Source: an uncultured virus (IMG/VR IMGVR_UViG_3300032288_005212)
Lineage: Duplodnaviria; Heunggongvirae; Uroviricota; Caudoviricetes
Virus record (IMG/VR): IMGVR_UViG_3300032288_005212
Location: 42,085 to 106,084 of that record
DNA: 64,000 bases
Direction: 5' to 3' (one strand)
This document shows positions 9,958 to 19,427 of this stretch, one piece after another. Positions within the stretch are counted from its first letter, which is position 1, and the number at the start of each line of letters is the position of its first letter. The position numbers were made by a program, and so were the translations under genes. The notes under the pieces were generated by a model. The model was given only the letters and a program-made list of their open reading frames with translations. It was not told the DNA's origin and did not search any database.

Positions 9958-10329
9958 ATGAAACTTGATACTTTTTTTGTCGGCTTCGACAATTTTGCAC
10001 GAAATATTCCCGTTACCGACTATCCACGTTACAATACATTAAAAACTGATGACGATGGATATCTGCTTCAAGTAGCTCTTCCAGGCTGGGAGCCTGAGCA
10101 CGTTGAAGTATCCCTTCATAAAGGTGTACTTACAATTAAGGGTGAGAAGCAGCCAGAGAATGAGAATCTTCAGTGGATTCATAAAGGCATCTCTACTAAG
10201 AGCTTTGAGCGCAACTTTAAATTGGACACTGATCTCGAAGTGAAATCTGCAAAATTTCATAATGGTATGCTAGAGGTATATTTACAATATTCCTTTAACA
10301 GTAAGCCTATCAAGATCGAGGTACACTAA
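9958..10329 (+). CDS. Small heat-shock protein (Hsp20/IbpA family)
   Basis: FVGFD, YPRYN, ALPG, HKGISTKSFERNF, A.FHNGML. Confidence 0.93.
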   Translation: MKLDTFFVGFDNFARNIPVTDYPRYNTLKTDDDGYLLQVALPGWEPEHVEVSLHKGVLTIKGEKQPENENLQWIHKGISTKSFERNFKLDTDLEVKSAKFHNGMLEVYLQYSFNSKPIKIEVH

Positions 10330-10335
10330 AAAGCT

Positions 10336-10362
10336 AGGCCGCCTACGGGGCGGCCTTGTTCT
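10336..10362 (+). terminator. GC-rich hairpin after hsp20 (weak U-tract)
   Basis: AGGCCGCC-TACG-GGGCGGCCT followed by TGTTCTT. Confidence 0.6.
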
Positions 10363-10384
10363 TATTGTACATTGGAATAAACCA

Positions 10385-10747
10385 ATGCTACTACCTATAA
10401 TTGGAGGAGTTGTTGAGCTAGGGAAAACCTGGCTAGAAGGTAAGAATACAAAAATAAAAGCAAAGGCTGAAGCCGAGGCTACAGTTCTTGTTAAATCAGC
10501 TGAAAGTGAGGCAAACTGGGAAACTATAATGGCCCAAAATAGTGCTTCTTCTTGGAAAGATGAGTGGATTACAATTCTTTTTAGCATTCCTATGATACTA
10601 TGTTTCTTTCCCAGCACTGTTCAATATGTTAGAGATGGTTTTGCCGCTCTTGAAGGTATGCCGGACTGGTATCAGTATACTCTTTCAATAATTGTTGCGG
10701 CTTCATTTGGCGTTCGTTCTGCAATAGGATTTATGAAGAAAAAATGA
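10385..10747 (+). CDS. Holin (3TM/GTA-holin-like)
   Basis: SSWKDEW, hydrophobic helices, P.WY, ASFG.R, basic C-terminus; upstream of lysozyme. Confidence 0.75.
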   Translation: MLLPIIGGVVELGKTWLEGKNTKIKAKAEAEATVLVKSAESEANWETIMAQNSASSWKDEWITILFSIPMILCFFPSTVQYVRDGFAALEGMPDWYQYTLSIIVAASFGVRSAIGFMKKK

Positions 10748-10875
10748 AAGAAGTAAGCCTGATAGTAGATTCTACATCAAGAAAGTGGCGTAAAAAGTTA
10801 AAAAAGATTAGAAAAACCAAACAACGGCGCTACGATAGGGAGCTAGTGAATGGATTATCAAAAATTAAAAGATGA
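10744..10875 (+). CDS. 43-aa highly cationic peptide (not in ORF track)
   Basis: ATGA overlap with the holin stop; MKEVSLIVDSTSRKWRKKLKKIRKTKQRRYDRELVNGLSKIKR. Confidence 0.55.
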   Translation: MKEVSLIVDSTSRKWRKKLKKIRKTKQRRYDRELVNGLSKIKR

Positions 10876-11293
10876 GTTATCAGTAGATGAAGGATATAGA
10901 AATGAAATATATCTAGATCATCTTGGGTACCCAACAATAGGTATTGGACATTTAATTTTAAAAAGCGATCCAGAATACGGAAAGCCCGTAGGTACTTTAG
11001 TAAGTGGAGAAAGAATAACTGAACTATTTATAGCTGATGTTGAAAATTCAATAAAAGACGCTAAAAAATTATTTTCAAACTTTGATACTTGTTCTGACGA
11101 CATCCAAAGAGTTTTAGTAAATATGATGTTTAATCTTGGGTATACAAGGTTTTCAAAATTTAAAAAATTTAAAGCCGCAATAGAAGCTAGGAATTGGAAG
11201 CAGGCAGCAATAGAAGGTGCCGATTCTTTATGGTATAAACAAGTGCCTAATAGAGCACGCAGATTAATGGAAAGATTAAAAAATGGAGTATAA
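10850..11293 (+). CDS. Endolysin, GH24/T4-lysozyme family
   Basis: DEG...Y.DHLGYPTIGIGHL (E-x8-D-x5-T), NMMFNLG, S.WYKQVPNRA.RL. Confidence 0.95.
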   Translation: MDYQKLKDELSVDEGYRNEIYLDHLGYPTIGIGHLILKSDPEYGKPVGTLVSGERITELFIADVENSIKDAKKLFSNFDTCSDDIQRVLVNMMFNLGYTRFSKFKKFKAAIEARNWKQAAIEGADSLWYKQVPNRARRLMERLKNGV

Positions 11294-11897
11294 AATACCC
11301 CACAAACACAGAAACAAAAAATTTGTTCTTTGTGCAACTGGACCTTCTCTTACCCCTGAAGTAGTAGAAACTATCAGAAAGTATAAAACTGAGGATCACG
11401 TTATTTTTGGAATAAATGACAGTTATCGAATAATTGATTTCCTAGATGAACACTATGCTTGTGATGAAAAATGGTGGAGCACTTGGGGTAAAGACTTTAG
11501 AGAAAAATATCCATATCTTTCTGCGTGGGCTTATGGAGATAACGCAGCAGAATATGGTGTAAAAGTTGTAAAAGGATTTCATAATCCAGGACTTAGTTTA
11601 CGTCAAGATAAACTTCATTATGGCTCAAATTCAGGATATCAAGCATTAAATATTGCATTTTTAATGGGGGGTAGAAAGTTCATCCTTGTTGGCTACAATA
11701 TGAGAAGAGTTGAGCATAAAAGCCACTTTTTCGGAGACCACGTAGGAATGAATAATACCAGCCCATACGACATATTTATAAAAAATTATAGCACAATACA
11801 AGGATCTATAAAAGAACTCATAGTAAACTGTACAGAAAACTCTGCTTTAAATTGTTTTAGAATGGGAAATTTGGAAGAGGAACTTCAGCGTGATTAA
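11283..11897 (+). CDS. DUF115/Maf-like putative glycosyltransferase
   Basis: ATGPSL, FGIND, ACD..WW, GSNSGYQALNIA, LVGYNM, HFFG, IVNCT. Confidence 0.55.
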   Translation: MEYKIPHKHRNKKFVLCATGPSLTPEVVETIRKYKTEDHVIFGINDSYRIIDFLDEHYACDEKWWSTWGKDFREKYPYLSAWAYGDNAAEYGVKVVKGFHNPGLSLRQDKLHYGSNSGYQALNIAFLMGGRKFILVGYNMRRVEHKSHFFGDHVGMNNTSPYDIFIKNYSTIQGSIKELIVNCTENSALNCFRMGNLEEELQRD

Positions 11898-12519
11898 AAT
11901 TTTTGTAGGCACTTCTCAGAATGGGGAGGATGCTTTAGCAGAAAAAACTTTAGAATACTCTTTAAGAAAACATAGTTCTGAAGAGCTGGAAGTTATATTT
12001 ATGCGAAATAATGACTCGTATATGGGCTATTTCAATAACTCCACCTGGGCCACTCCATTCACCAACCTTCGCTGGACAATCCCGGAGTATTGTGGATTTA
12101 CTGGACGAGCCATTTATATGGATGTGGATCAACTCAACCTTCGAGATATTTCAGAACTTTATCATATTGATCTTCAAGGAAAACCATTTGCCTCTAGAGA
12201 AGATAGATTATGTGTTATGGTCATTGACTGTGAAGCAATGCAGCCGTTGCTGCAGCCAGTACCAGTCATTAAAAATACTCCAAACTACGGTAATAGTATT
12301 TACTGGGATATTGTGAAAAAAAGCCATCATTTTGATCCTCGCTGGAACTGTCTCGATGGGGAGGATCGTCCTATTTCAGATATATGGCATCTTCATTTTA
12401 CCTCTATGCCAACACAGCCCTGGAAACCTGCTTGGTTTCGCGGAATGCCAAGACCACATTGGAGACAGGATTTAGTTGACCTATGGGAAAAATATAAAAT
12501 AGAAGCCCATGCACGATGA
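11890..12519 (+). CDS. GT8-like glycosyltransferase
   Basis: T.FT.LRW.IP..CGF.GRAIYMDVD (DxD), WNCLD, HFT.M.TQPW. Confidence 0.85.
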   Translation: MIKIFVGTSQNGEDALAEKTLEYSLRKHSSEELEVIFMRNNDSYMGYFNNSTWATPFTNLRWTIPEYCGFTGRAIYMDVDQLNLRDISELYHIDLQGKPFASREDRLCVMVIDCEAMQPLLQPVPVIKNTPNYGNSIYWDIVKKSHHFDPRWNCLDGEDRPISDIWHLHFTSMPTQPWKPAWFRGMPRPHWRQDLVDLWEKYKIEAHAR

Positions 12520-13193
12520 AAATTAGTATTCTTCTTACAACCCACAATAGAGAGCAAGAAGCAATTTATTGTATATCTAATCTGCTTGAACAAATAACCA
12601 ATCATATAGAAGTTATATTGTTAGACGATTATCATATTTATAATCCAAACTTAAATACTTTTTGCAATGAAAATTCTATACAGTATGTCCATACGGGTAT
12701 ACAAAAGAATGGACAATACTTATGGAGAATGCCTGGGTATGCTTTAAATATTGGGGCAAAACTTGCTGGTGCTGATTATTTAATCATAGGTAATTGTGAA
12801 ATATTACATACAGATAAAGATTGTATAAATAAAATGTATGAGTTTAAAGATTCTGTATCCAGCCCTATTGTTCTTCGACAAAAAGAAAAAGGTAACTTTG
12901 AGTCTTTTAATTTAATGCCTAATCGTTTTCCATTTTTTTGGGGGCTACCAAAACATATGTACATAGATATAGGCGGATTTGACGAAGATTTTACAGGAAC
13001 AGCTTTTGATGATGCGGATTTTTCTGATCGAATTTTAAGTATGTTAAAGTTTACTGAAATAGATTCAAAAGTTATACATTTGTGGAATCCTGATGTTGGT
13101 GGGGGCGATCGATGGGTGCATAATAAAAATCTTTATGAGACCCGCAAAGGGATTATAAAAAGAAATGTTGATAGAGAGTGGGGAGTTTTATGA
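12516..13193 (+). CDS. GT2/GT7-like glycosyltransferase
   Basis: ISILLTTHNR, EVILLDD, LNIG.K.A, IGGFDEDF.G...DD.DF..R, HLW. Confidence 0.85.
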   Translation: MKISILLTTHNREQEAIYCISNLLEQITNHIEVILLDDYHIYNPNLNTFCNENSIQYVHTGIQKNGQYLWRMPGYALNIGAKLAGADYLIIGNCEILHTDKDCINKMYEFKDSVSSPIVLRQKEKGNFESFNLMPNRFPFFWGLPKHMYIDIGGFDEDFTGTAFDDADFSDRILSMLKFTEIDSKVIHLWNPDVGGGDRWVHNKNLYETRKGIIKRNVDREWGVL

Positions 13194-13969
13194 AATTTAT
13201 ATGTTTCGCACAGTTAAGAAATGAGCTAGAGAATGGAAATTTAGAGTTGTGGCTTCAACAACAGACTTCTCTATGCGATAAGATTTATGTGTACGATCAA
13301 AACTCAACCGATGGAAGCAAAGATTTATATAAAAAATATAAAAATCTTGAAGTAATCTACTCAGATAAAAATGATTTTGGAAATGAGATAGTTTGTAAAC
13401 ACCAGTTACTTCAACTACTGCAGAAAAATGAAGGCTATGATAATATCATTTTTTGGATAGACGGCGATACTTTTATTGATACAACTTTTGATAGACAAAA
13501 TATAGAAAATATTTTTGCACAAACCGAATTAACACACTTACGCTTACGACACTATAATCTATGGAGAAGCGATACATTTTATAGAACAGATGGAAAATAT
13601 CATAACTTATATAGAAATGGAGTAGTTGCTTTATGGAAAAACTCTCCTGATTTAAGTTTTAATCCTCGTTCTGGACTTCATACACAAGTAGCCCCAGATA
13701 GGTTAAATAGTCAAAATAACCATGGATTAATTGAAACCTCACTGATTCATCGTGGGTTTGCAACTGATTTTCAAATAATTAAAAGATATAAAACATATAA
13801 AAGTTTTGGTCAAACCGGATATAGATTAGAAATGCTATTAGATGAACAAAATTTATCTGTTACACAACTTGATATAAATTTGGTCCCAACATTTATACCA
13901 AAAAATTTAGACAGCCCCATAGGTAAAGAGTTAATTTTAGAAAAATATAGGAGAGGGTGCTTAGAATGA
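13178..13969 (+). CDS. GT2-like glycosyltransferase
   Basis: RNE, YDQNSTDGS, WIDGD (DxD), GLH...P, LIH.G. Confidence 0.75.
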   Translation: MGSFMKFICFAQLRNELENGNLELWLQQQTSLCDKIYVYDQNSTDGSKDLYKKYKNLEVIYSDKNDFGNEIVCKHQLLQLLQKNEGYDNIIFWIDGDTFIDTTFDRQNIENIFAQTELTHLRLRHYNLWRSDTFYRTDGKYHNLYRNGVVALWKNSPDLSFNPRSGLHTQVAPDRLNSQNNHGLIETSLIHRGFATDFQIIKRYKTYKSFGQTGYRLEMLLDEQNLSVTQLDINLVPTFIPKNLDSPIGKELILEKYRRGCLE

Positions 13970-14544
13970 GCGATTTTTGGGAAAATAAACACAGACTAGA
14001 AGACTCGTATTGGCTAACTGGATCCGGTGTTGATACTTATTCTTTTTATCATAATATTAATTGGGAATTTTTTAAGGGTAAAAAAATACTAGAGATAGGT
14101 ATCGGTACTGGAAAATTTTTAAATCAGTGTAATAATAATTTTTTATTGTATGCTTCTGATATATCTACTATAGCTTTAAATAAAATAAACCATTTAGTAA
14201 TTAATTCTTATTTATCTAAAAATATAAAGCAGTGCCCAGAAGTAGATTTAGCAATTTGTCATTTAGTTTTTCAACATAACAATATATCAGAAGTAGAAAG
14301 AATAATAAATGATGTTAACTTAACTACAACTGGTATATTTAGCTTTCAATATGCTGAGTGTACAGATTTTAAATTAGCAAAAGAGAAAGATCCCAATATG
14401 GTACTAAATGAAACTCATTTTTTTCACTCTTACGAAGATATTGAAAATGCCATAAACAATAGCAATAAAAAATTATTACAACATCATGGTAGAGTTAAAG
14501 TTAGTACGGGTATACATTGGAATATTTGTAGAGTGTGCATATGA
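13957..14544 (+). CDS. Class I SAM-dependent methyltransferase
   Basis: ILEIGIGTG, SDIS, DLAICHLVFQH. Confidence 0.85.
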   Translation: MLRMSDFWENKHRLEDSYWLTGSGVDTYSFYHNINWEFFKGKKILEIGIGTGKFLNQCNNNFLLYASDISTIALNKINHLVINSYLSKNIKQCPEVDLAICHLVFQHNNISEVERIINDVNLTTTGIFSFQYAECTDFKLAKEKDPNMVLNETHFFHSYEDIENAINNSNKKLLQHHGRVKVSTGIHWNICRVCI

Positions 14545-15263
14545 AAAATATAGAAGTCATATCCCTAATCTTTAAGTCTGTAGACTATTTAGATTTTATT
14601 GTTAATCAATTAAAAACAAACTGTAAAGCCGAAGGATGGGACGTAGGAGTACGCATTGTAGCTAATGATGCCAATGAAAAAGTTTTACATAGATTAAAAG
14701 ATAGCGATATACCTTATTCTATTTATAATGATCCATATCCAGATCAATATTACTTAAATAGAGTTTATAGATGCTGGAATTTTGCCGGTAAAAGTTCCGA
14801 GTATGATAACATATGTTTTGTAAATTCCGATATGGCGTTTAGCACTAATTGGCTAACTAACTTGCTAAAATTTCATGATGGAAAAAATATACCTACTAGC
14901 AGATTGGTTGAAAGCGGAAAAATGTTAAGTGGTATGCACGGCATTAGCTATGACTGTGGCAAACACCCTAAAATCTTTGATGCATCAAAGTGGGAATCTT
15001 ATGCTGAAGAAATCAAAGAAAATACTTGCCACAACGGTGGACTTTATATGCCATGTATATTTGAAAAATCAAGGTTTATAGAGAGCGGAATGTACCCTGA
15101 GGGAAACATATACGTTGATGGGGTTGGAACCTGTAACGGTAGAAAAATTTGTAGTGGCGATAGATGGTTTTTTAATAATTTAGAACAAAACTTTGGGATG
15201 AAACATATTACTGTGTTTAATTCTTTAGTGTATCATATACAGGAAGGTGAAATGGATGATTAA
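14535..15263 (+). CDS. GT-A fold glycosyltransferase, paralog of 15841-16611
   Basis: WNFA, FVNSDMAF..NWL.NL, MP, GD..FF, VYH. Confidence 0.75.
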   Translation: MHMKNIEVISLIFKSVDYLDFIVNQLKTNCKAEGWDVGVRIVANDANEKVLHRLKDSDIPYSIYNDPYPDQYYLNRVYRCWNFAGKSSEYDNICFVNSDMAFSTNWLTNLLKFHDGKNIPTSRLVESGKMLSGMHGISYDCGKHPKIFDASKWESYAEEIKENTCHNGGLYMPCIFEKSRFIESGMYPEGNIYVDGVGTCNGRKICSGDRWFFNNLEQNFGMKHITVFNSLVYHIQEGEMDD

Positions 15264-15840
15264 GTCAAACTGGGATGGAAGCAAAACTTTATCAATAGAC
15301 GGAACCGGTAGTCTTGCATCTGTGGACTGTAAAGTCGCACAAAACCTACATAAATTTATAGTTGATAATATCATAACAGAAGGTGCTATAATAGACTTTG
15401 GAGCAGGCCAAGGTTATTTTCAAAAATACTTTGAAGAAAATACTAATTTTGATGTGTGGTCTATCGAAGGTTATTCTGGATTGGATTTTAAAGCAAATAA
15501 AGATAAGTGGTTGCTCAGTAATCTCGGGACAAAGTTGACTCAGGAATATCACAAAAAATTTGACTTAGTAGTTTCTTTTGAATGTATAGAGCACATCCAT
15601 AAAACAGAGCAAGAAGTATTTTGGGAAAATGTATTTTTATGCTCTAATAAAGCTTTAATAGGAATACATACAGAAAATGAGGAACATGACGCCCATTGCT
15701 TTATAAGAAACACTGATTGGTGGGTGAATTTTTTTGAATCAAAAGGCTATAAGTACAAAATTCTTGGGCATTCTAAAGATTATTGGCCAGTTTGGCCAGA
15801 AGCACAGTGTTCTTTATTTGCATACTTAGAGGTACAATAA
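15247..15840 (+). CDS. Class I SAM-dependent methyltransferase
   Basis: IIDFGAGQG, FDLVVSFECIEHI, H......WW...F. Confidence 0.85.
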   Translation: MKWMIKSNWDGSKTLSIDGTGSLASVDCKVAQNLHKFIVDNIITEGAIIDFGAGQGYFQKYFEENTNFDVWSIEGYSGLDFKANKDKWLLSNLGTKLTQEYHKKFDLVVSFECIEHIHKTEQEVFWENVFLCSNKALIGIHTENEEHDAHCFIRNTDWWVNFFESKGYKYKILGHSKDYWPVWPEAQCSLFAYLEVQ

Positions 15841-16611
15841 GTGAAAAAGGTAGCTTTATACTGTCAAGTCGGCTCTGCAATTGATATGTTAGATTTTAGC
15901 ATAAATAATGCTATAAAAAATTCTGGCCTATCGAAGGAAGATTATGATATAATTTTTATATGCTGGAAAACTTCTGCGGAAGTTTATAGCTGGTTACATA
16001 AAAACAGTCATCACTATGAAGAAATGGACTATGATGAAGGAAAGGGGTTTTTATGGAACCTGTACAAAGGCTGGAATTTTGGATATGAAGTTGGTTATAA
16101 GTATTCAGATACAGTGTGCCCTATAGCTACTGACCACGCTTTTTATACTAATTGGTTAGCAAATTTATTAAAGCATCGACAAAATAATAGAATAGTTAAT
16201 TGCAAGTTGATAGAACCAGGCACCTTACCTTCTTTACACACAACTAAAAATTTTGGATTAACTACTAATACCGATTTTAAAGAGGAAGAATTTTTAAAAT
16301 TTTGTTCTACGATAAGTCAAGATAAATTAATTTTTGAGGATAATCTAGAGCCTTATTGGAAAAATAGAGGTGTAGGTGGTTCATACGGACATAGGCTTGA
16401 TGCTATGCCATTTATATGTCCAAAAGATGTTTGGGAAAGATTTGGGCCAATGCTACAAACAAAAAATTCTCATAGCGTAACAGGAGATACGGATTTTTTT
16501 GATAGGTGCAAAGCGGGTGGCGTAGAGGTAACTAAATCTTTAGATGCAATTAGTTATCATTGCGGCGGTATAGAGACAAAAAGAAATATGTCTAATAATA
16601 TTTACACTTGA
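15841..16611 (+). CDS. GT-A fold glycosyltransferase, paralog of 14535-15263
   Basis: WNFG, TDHAFYTNWLANLL, MPF, GDTDFF, SYH. Confidence 0.7.
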   Translation: MKKVALYCQVGSAIDMLDFSINNAIKNSGLSKEDYDIIFICWKTSAEVYSWLHKNSHHYEEMDYDEGKGFLWNLYKGWNFGYEVGYKYSDTVCPIATDHAFYTNWLANLLKHRQNNRIVNCKLIEPGTLPSLHTTKNFGLTTNTDFKEEEFLKFCSTISQDKLIFEDNLEPYWKNRGVGGSYGHRLDAMPFICPKDVWERFGPMLQTKNSHSVTGDTDFFDRCKAGGVEVTKSLDAISYHCGGIETKRNMSNNIYT

Positions 16612-16618
16612 GGCTATT

Positions 16619-17416
16619 ATGATAAAAATAGGTATAATAGGTTTAGGCGTAATAGGTTCGGCGTGTAAGTACGGTTTTGAAAAGCTAGGGCATACAGTAT
16701 TAGTGCACGATATAAAACTCCAAACTAAATTGGAGGATTTAATTATCTGCGATATTATATATGTATGTGTTCCCACCCCCTCAGATTACTTGGGTAATTG
16801 CAATACGTCTATAGTGGAACAAGTAGTATATGCTTTAAAAAATTTAAATTACCAGAATATAGTTGCTATAAAATCTACGGTTAAACCAACTACAACACAG
16901 AAACTTATTGATGACACTAATTTATCTATTTGTTTTGTTCCAGAGTTTTTAAGAGAAAGATGCGCTATAGCCGATTTCACGGAAAACCACGACTTATTAG
17001 CAATTGGAACAGAAGATAACGATGTATTCAATAGAGTAAAAGAATGTCATGGATTTTTTCCAAGGAATATTATAAAGTTAACCCCAACAGAAGCAGAAAT
17101 ATTAAAGTACTACTCTAACACCTTTAATGCCTTAAAAGTTATTTTTGCTAATGAGATGTATGAAGTCTGTAAAAAAATAGGCGCTAACTACACAAAAGTT
17201 AAAGATACTTATATTTTACGAAATACTACTAAAGATATGTATTTAGATGTGAATGATAATTTTAGAGGCTACGCTGGAGTATGTCTACCAAAAGATACAA
17301 AAGCACTCAGTATGTTTATTAAGGATCTCGGCCTAGACTTAAAATTGTTTGAAACTTTAGAGCAAGAAAATGAGAAATTTAAAAAGACAGTGTTTGATGG
17401 TATGAGGCTAGAATGA
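16619..17416 (+). CDS. ugd: UDP-glucose/NDP-sugar 6-dehydrogenase (short form)
   Basis: GLGVIG, CVPTP, IKSTV.P, PEFLRE, AE..KY..N.F.A.KV.FANE, GYAGVCLPKD. Confidence 0.9.
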   Translation: MIKIGIIGLGVIGSACKYGFEKLGHTVLVHDIKLQTKLEDLIICDIIYVCVPTPSDYLGNCNTSIVEQVVYALKNLNYQNIVAIKSTVKPTTTQKLIDDTNLSICFVPEFLRERCAIADFTENHDLLAIGTEDNDVFNRVKECHGFFPRNIIKLTPTEAEILKYYSNTFNALKVIFANEMYEVCKKIGANYTKVKDTYILRNTTKDMYLDVNDNFRGYAGVCLPKDTKALSMFIKDLGLDLKLFETLEQENEKFKKTVFDGMRLE

Positions 17417-18441
17417 AAAAAGTTCTGTTAACTGGTAGTGAAGGATTTATTGGTTCTTATATATGTAATGAATTATTGGATTACAACTATGTTGTAGTTG
17501 GGGTTGATAACTATTCTAAATATGGAAAAATTATTAGGCCACATAATTCCCATAAAAACTTTAAATTATATAATGAAGATATACTGTCTAGCAATTTCCT
17601 AAAAATAGTTAACAATGAAAAACCGGATATTATTATAGCTGGGGCAGCTATGATAGGCGGAATTTCCTATTTTCATAAATATGCTTATGACCTGTTAGCT
17701 ACAAATGAAAGAATACTAGCACAAACTTTTGATGCCGCAATATGTGGGCATAAAGAAGGCTGGCTCGAAAGAATAATTGTTATGTCTAGTTCTATGGTTT
17801 TTGAAGAGACGTCAATTTATCCTACCCCAGAAACAGAAATAAAGAAATGTCCCCCGCCTTCCTCTACTTATGGGTTTCAGAAGCTGGCATCCGAATATTT
17901 TGCAAAAGGGGCGTTTGAGCAATACGGATTACCTTATACAATACTTAGGCCTTTTAATTGTGTTGGTATTGGAGAGGAAGATTCAATATCAGAACATGAG
18001 GTTACATCTGGTAATATTAAATTATTGATGTCGCACGTTCTCCCAGATTTAGTTAATAAAATATTAAAAAAACAGTACCCATTACACATATTAGGAGACG
18101 GAGGCCAGGTTAGGTGTTACACTAATGGTGTAGACCTAGCAAGAGGCGTTAGGCTCGCTATTGAGTCTGATAAAGCCATAAATAATGATTTTAATTTATC
18201 TACAGAAGTATCTACTAGCGTCCTAGAATTGGCGGAGTTAATTTGGGAATTGATTAATCCAGAAAAACCTTTTAAATATGTTTCTGACGCTGCTTTTGAT
18301 TATGATGTTCAAAAAAGAATTCCAGACGTAAGCAAGGCTAGAGATATTTTAAATTTTGAGGCTAAAGTTTCCTTGGAGGAATCCGTTATAGAAGTTATAA
18401 ATTATATGAGTAAGAAGCATGAAAGAAATACAGTTATGTAA
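17413..18441 (+). CDS. NAD-dependent NDP-sugar epimerase/dehydratase (extended SDR)
   Basis: TGSEGFIG, AAMIGGI, SSSMVF, YGFQK, RPFN..G, GDG.Q.R. Confidence 0.92.
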   Translation: MKKVLLTGSEGFIGSYICNELLDYNYVVVGVDNYSKYGKIIRPHNSHKNFKLYNEDILSSNFLKIVNNEKPDIIIAGAAMIGGISYFHKYAYDLLATNERILAQTFDAAICGHKEGWLERIIVMSSSMVFEETSIYPTPETEIKKCPPPSSTYGFQKLASEYFAKGAFEQYGLPYTILRPFNCVGIGEEDSISEHEVTSGNIKLLMSHVLPDLVNKILKKQYPLHILGDGGQVRCYTNGVDLARGVRLAIESDKAINNDFNLSTEVSTSVLELAELIWELINPEKPFKYVSDAAFDYDVQKRIPDVSKARDILNFEAKVSLEESVIEVINYMSKKHERNTVM

Positions 18442-19078
18442 ATCAAAAATAAACGCTATAGACCTATACAGTATATACTGTCAAGTTGATACAGAAGGTA
18501 AATGGGCAGACGGCTGGAATAAATTTTTGAATGCTAAATCAGGGGAATGGCACGGCCACTATAAACTTTTAGCTTATTTATCAACTTTTTTTAGCCCAGG
18601 AGACACTTTATTAGATATAGGAACATTAACAGGAGCGTCTAGTCTAGCGCTGTCTTTTAACGAAACTGTAAAAGTTTATTCTTTTGATCTTGCCAAGCAA
18701 ACTTTTCATTCAGGAAACCCTGGTGATAGTAGGTACATTTATGAATCAGATGAGCAAGTGTTAGCAAAAAATACAAGAGAAAATATTACCTATATTGTAG
18801 GAGATTGTCTACAACATGGTAAATTATTACTAAACTCATCTTTAATATACGTCGATATAGACCATAGCGGAGAAATAGAGGCCAATATTTTGAATTTCTT
18901 GCACAGTAATAATTGGAGAGGTATAGTAATATTAGATGATATTTATTGGACAACTATGCAACCTCTTTGGAGCAGTATTCCTGAAAAAATGAAACTAGAC
19001 ATTAGTATCTACGGCAATGGCAAGGACGGAACAGGGCTCATTAACTTTGGAAATATTTATTCGGTGACCTATGAATAA
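18419..19078 (+). CDS. Class I SAM-dependent methyltransferase
   Basis: HYKLLAYLS, LLDIGT..GAS, YVDIDH, GIVILDDI. Confidence 0.8.
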   Translation: MKEIQLCKSKINAIDLYSIYCQVDTEGKWADGWNKFLNAKSGEWHGHYKLLAYLSTFFSPGDTLLDIGTLTGASSLALSFNETVKVYSFDLAKQTFHSGNPGDSRYIYESDEQVLAKNTRENITYIVGDCLQHGKLLLNSSLIYVDIDHSGEIEANILNFLHSNNWRGIVILDDIYWTTMQPLWSSIPEKMKLDISIYGNGKDGTGLINFGNIYSVTYE

Positions 19079-19427
19079 TATAAGCTATCTAATAGAACAA
19101 ATAATATTAAATTCTATACAAGAATATGACGGTACTTACGACTCTGACAATTCTTTTAAAGAACTAGTTTCGATAGGCGAATTGGTAGATAGATTGTCCA
19201 TAGTAAATTTTAAACTTTATAAATTAAAAGATGAAGTAATGATGAGACCAGAGGATACGAACTTTAAAGCGTGGGCGTCCACAGAAGATGTAAAATTAGT
19301 TATTGAAAGGTCAAGACTAAAAAAGTGCATAGATGAGAAATTAATTTTTATGATACACAAAATTTATAATAATGATTTTTTGGCAGGCTTTAACTCCGAA
19401 GTTAAAAAATACGGTAATCAAATATGA
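19071..19427 (+). CDS. Small helical protein of glycan gene clusters (DUF4254/DUF6165-like)
   Basis: SIGELVDRLSI...KL, ERS.LK..ID, EVK.YG. Confidence 0.5.
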   Translation: MNNISYLIEQIILNSIQEYDGTYDSDNSFKELVSIGELVDRLSIVNFKLYKLKDEVMMRPEDTNFKAWASTEDVKLVIERSRLKKCIDEKLIFMIHKIYNNDFLAGFNSEVKKYGNQI

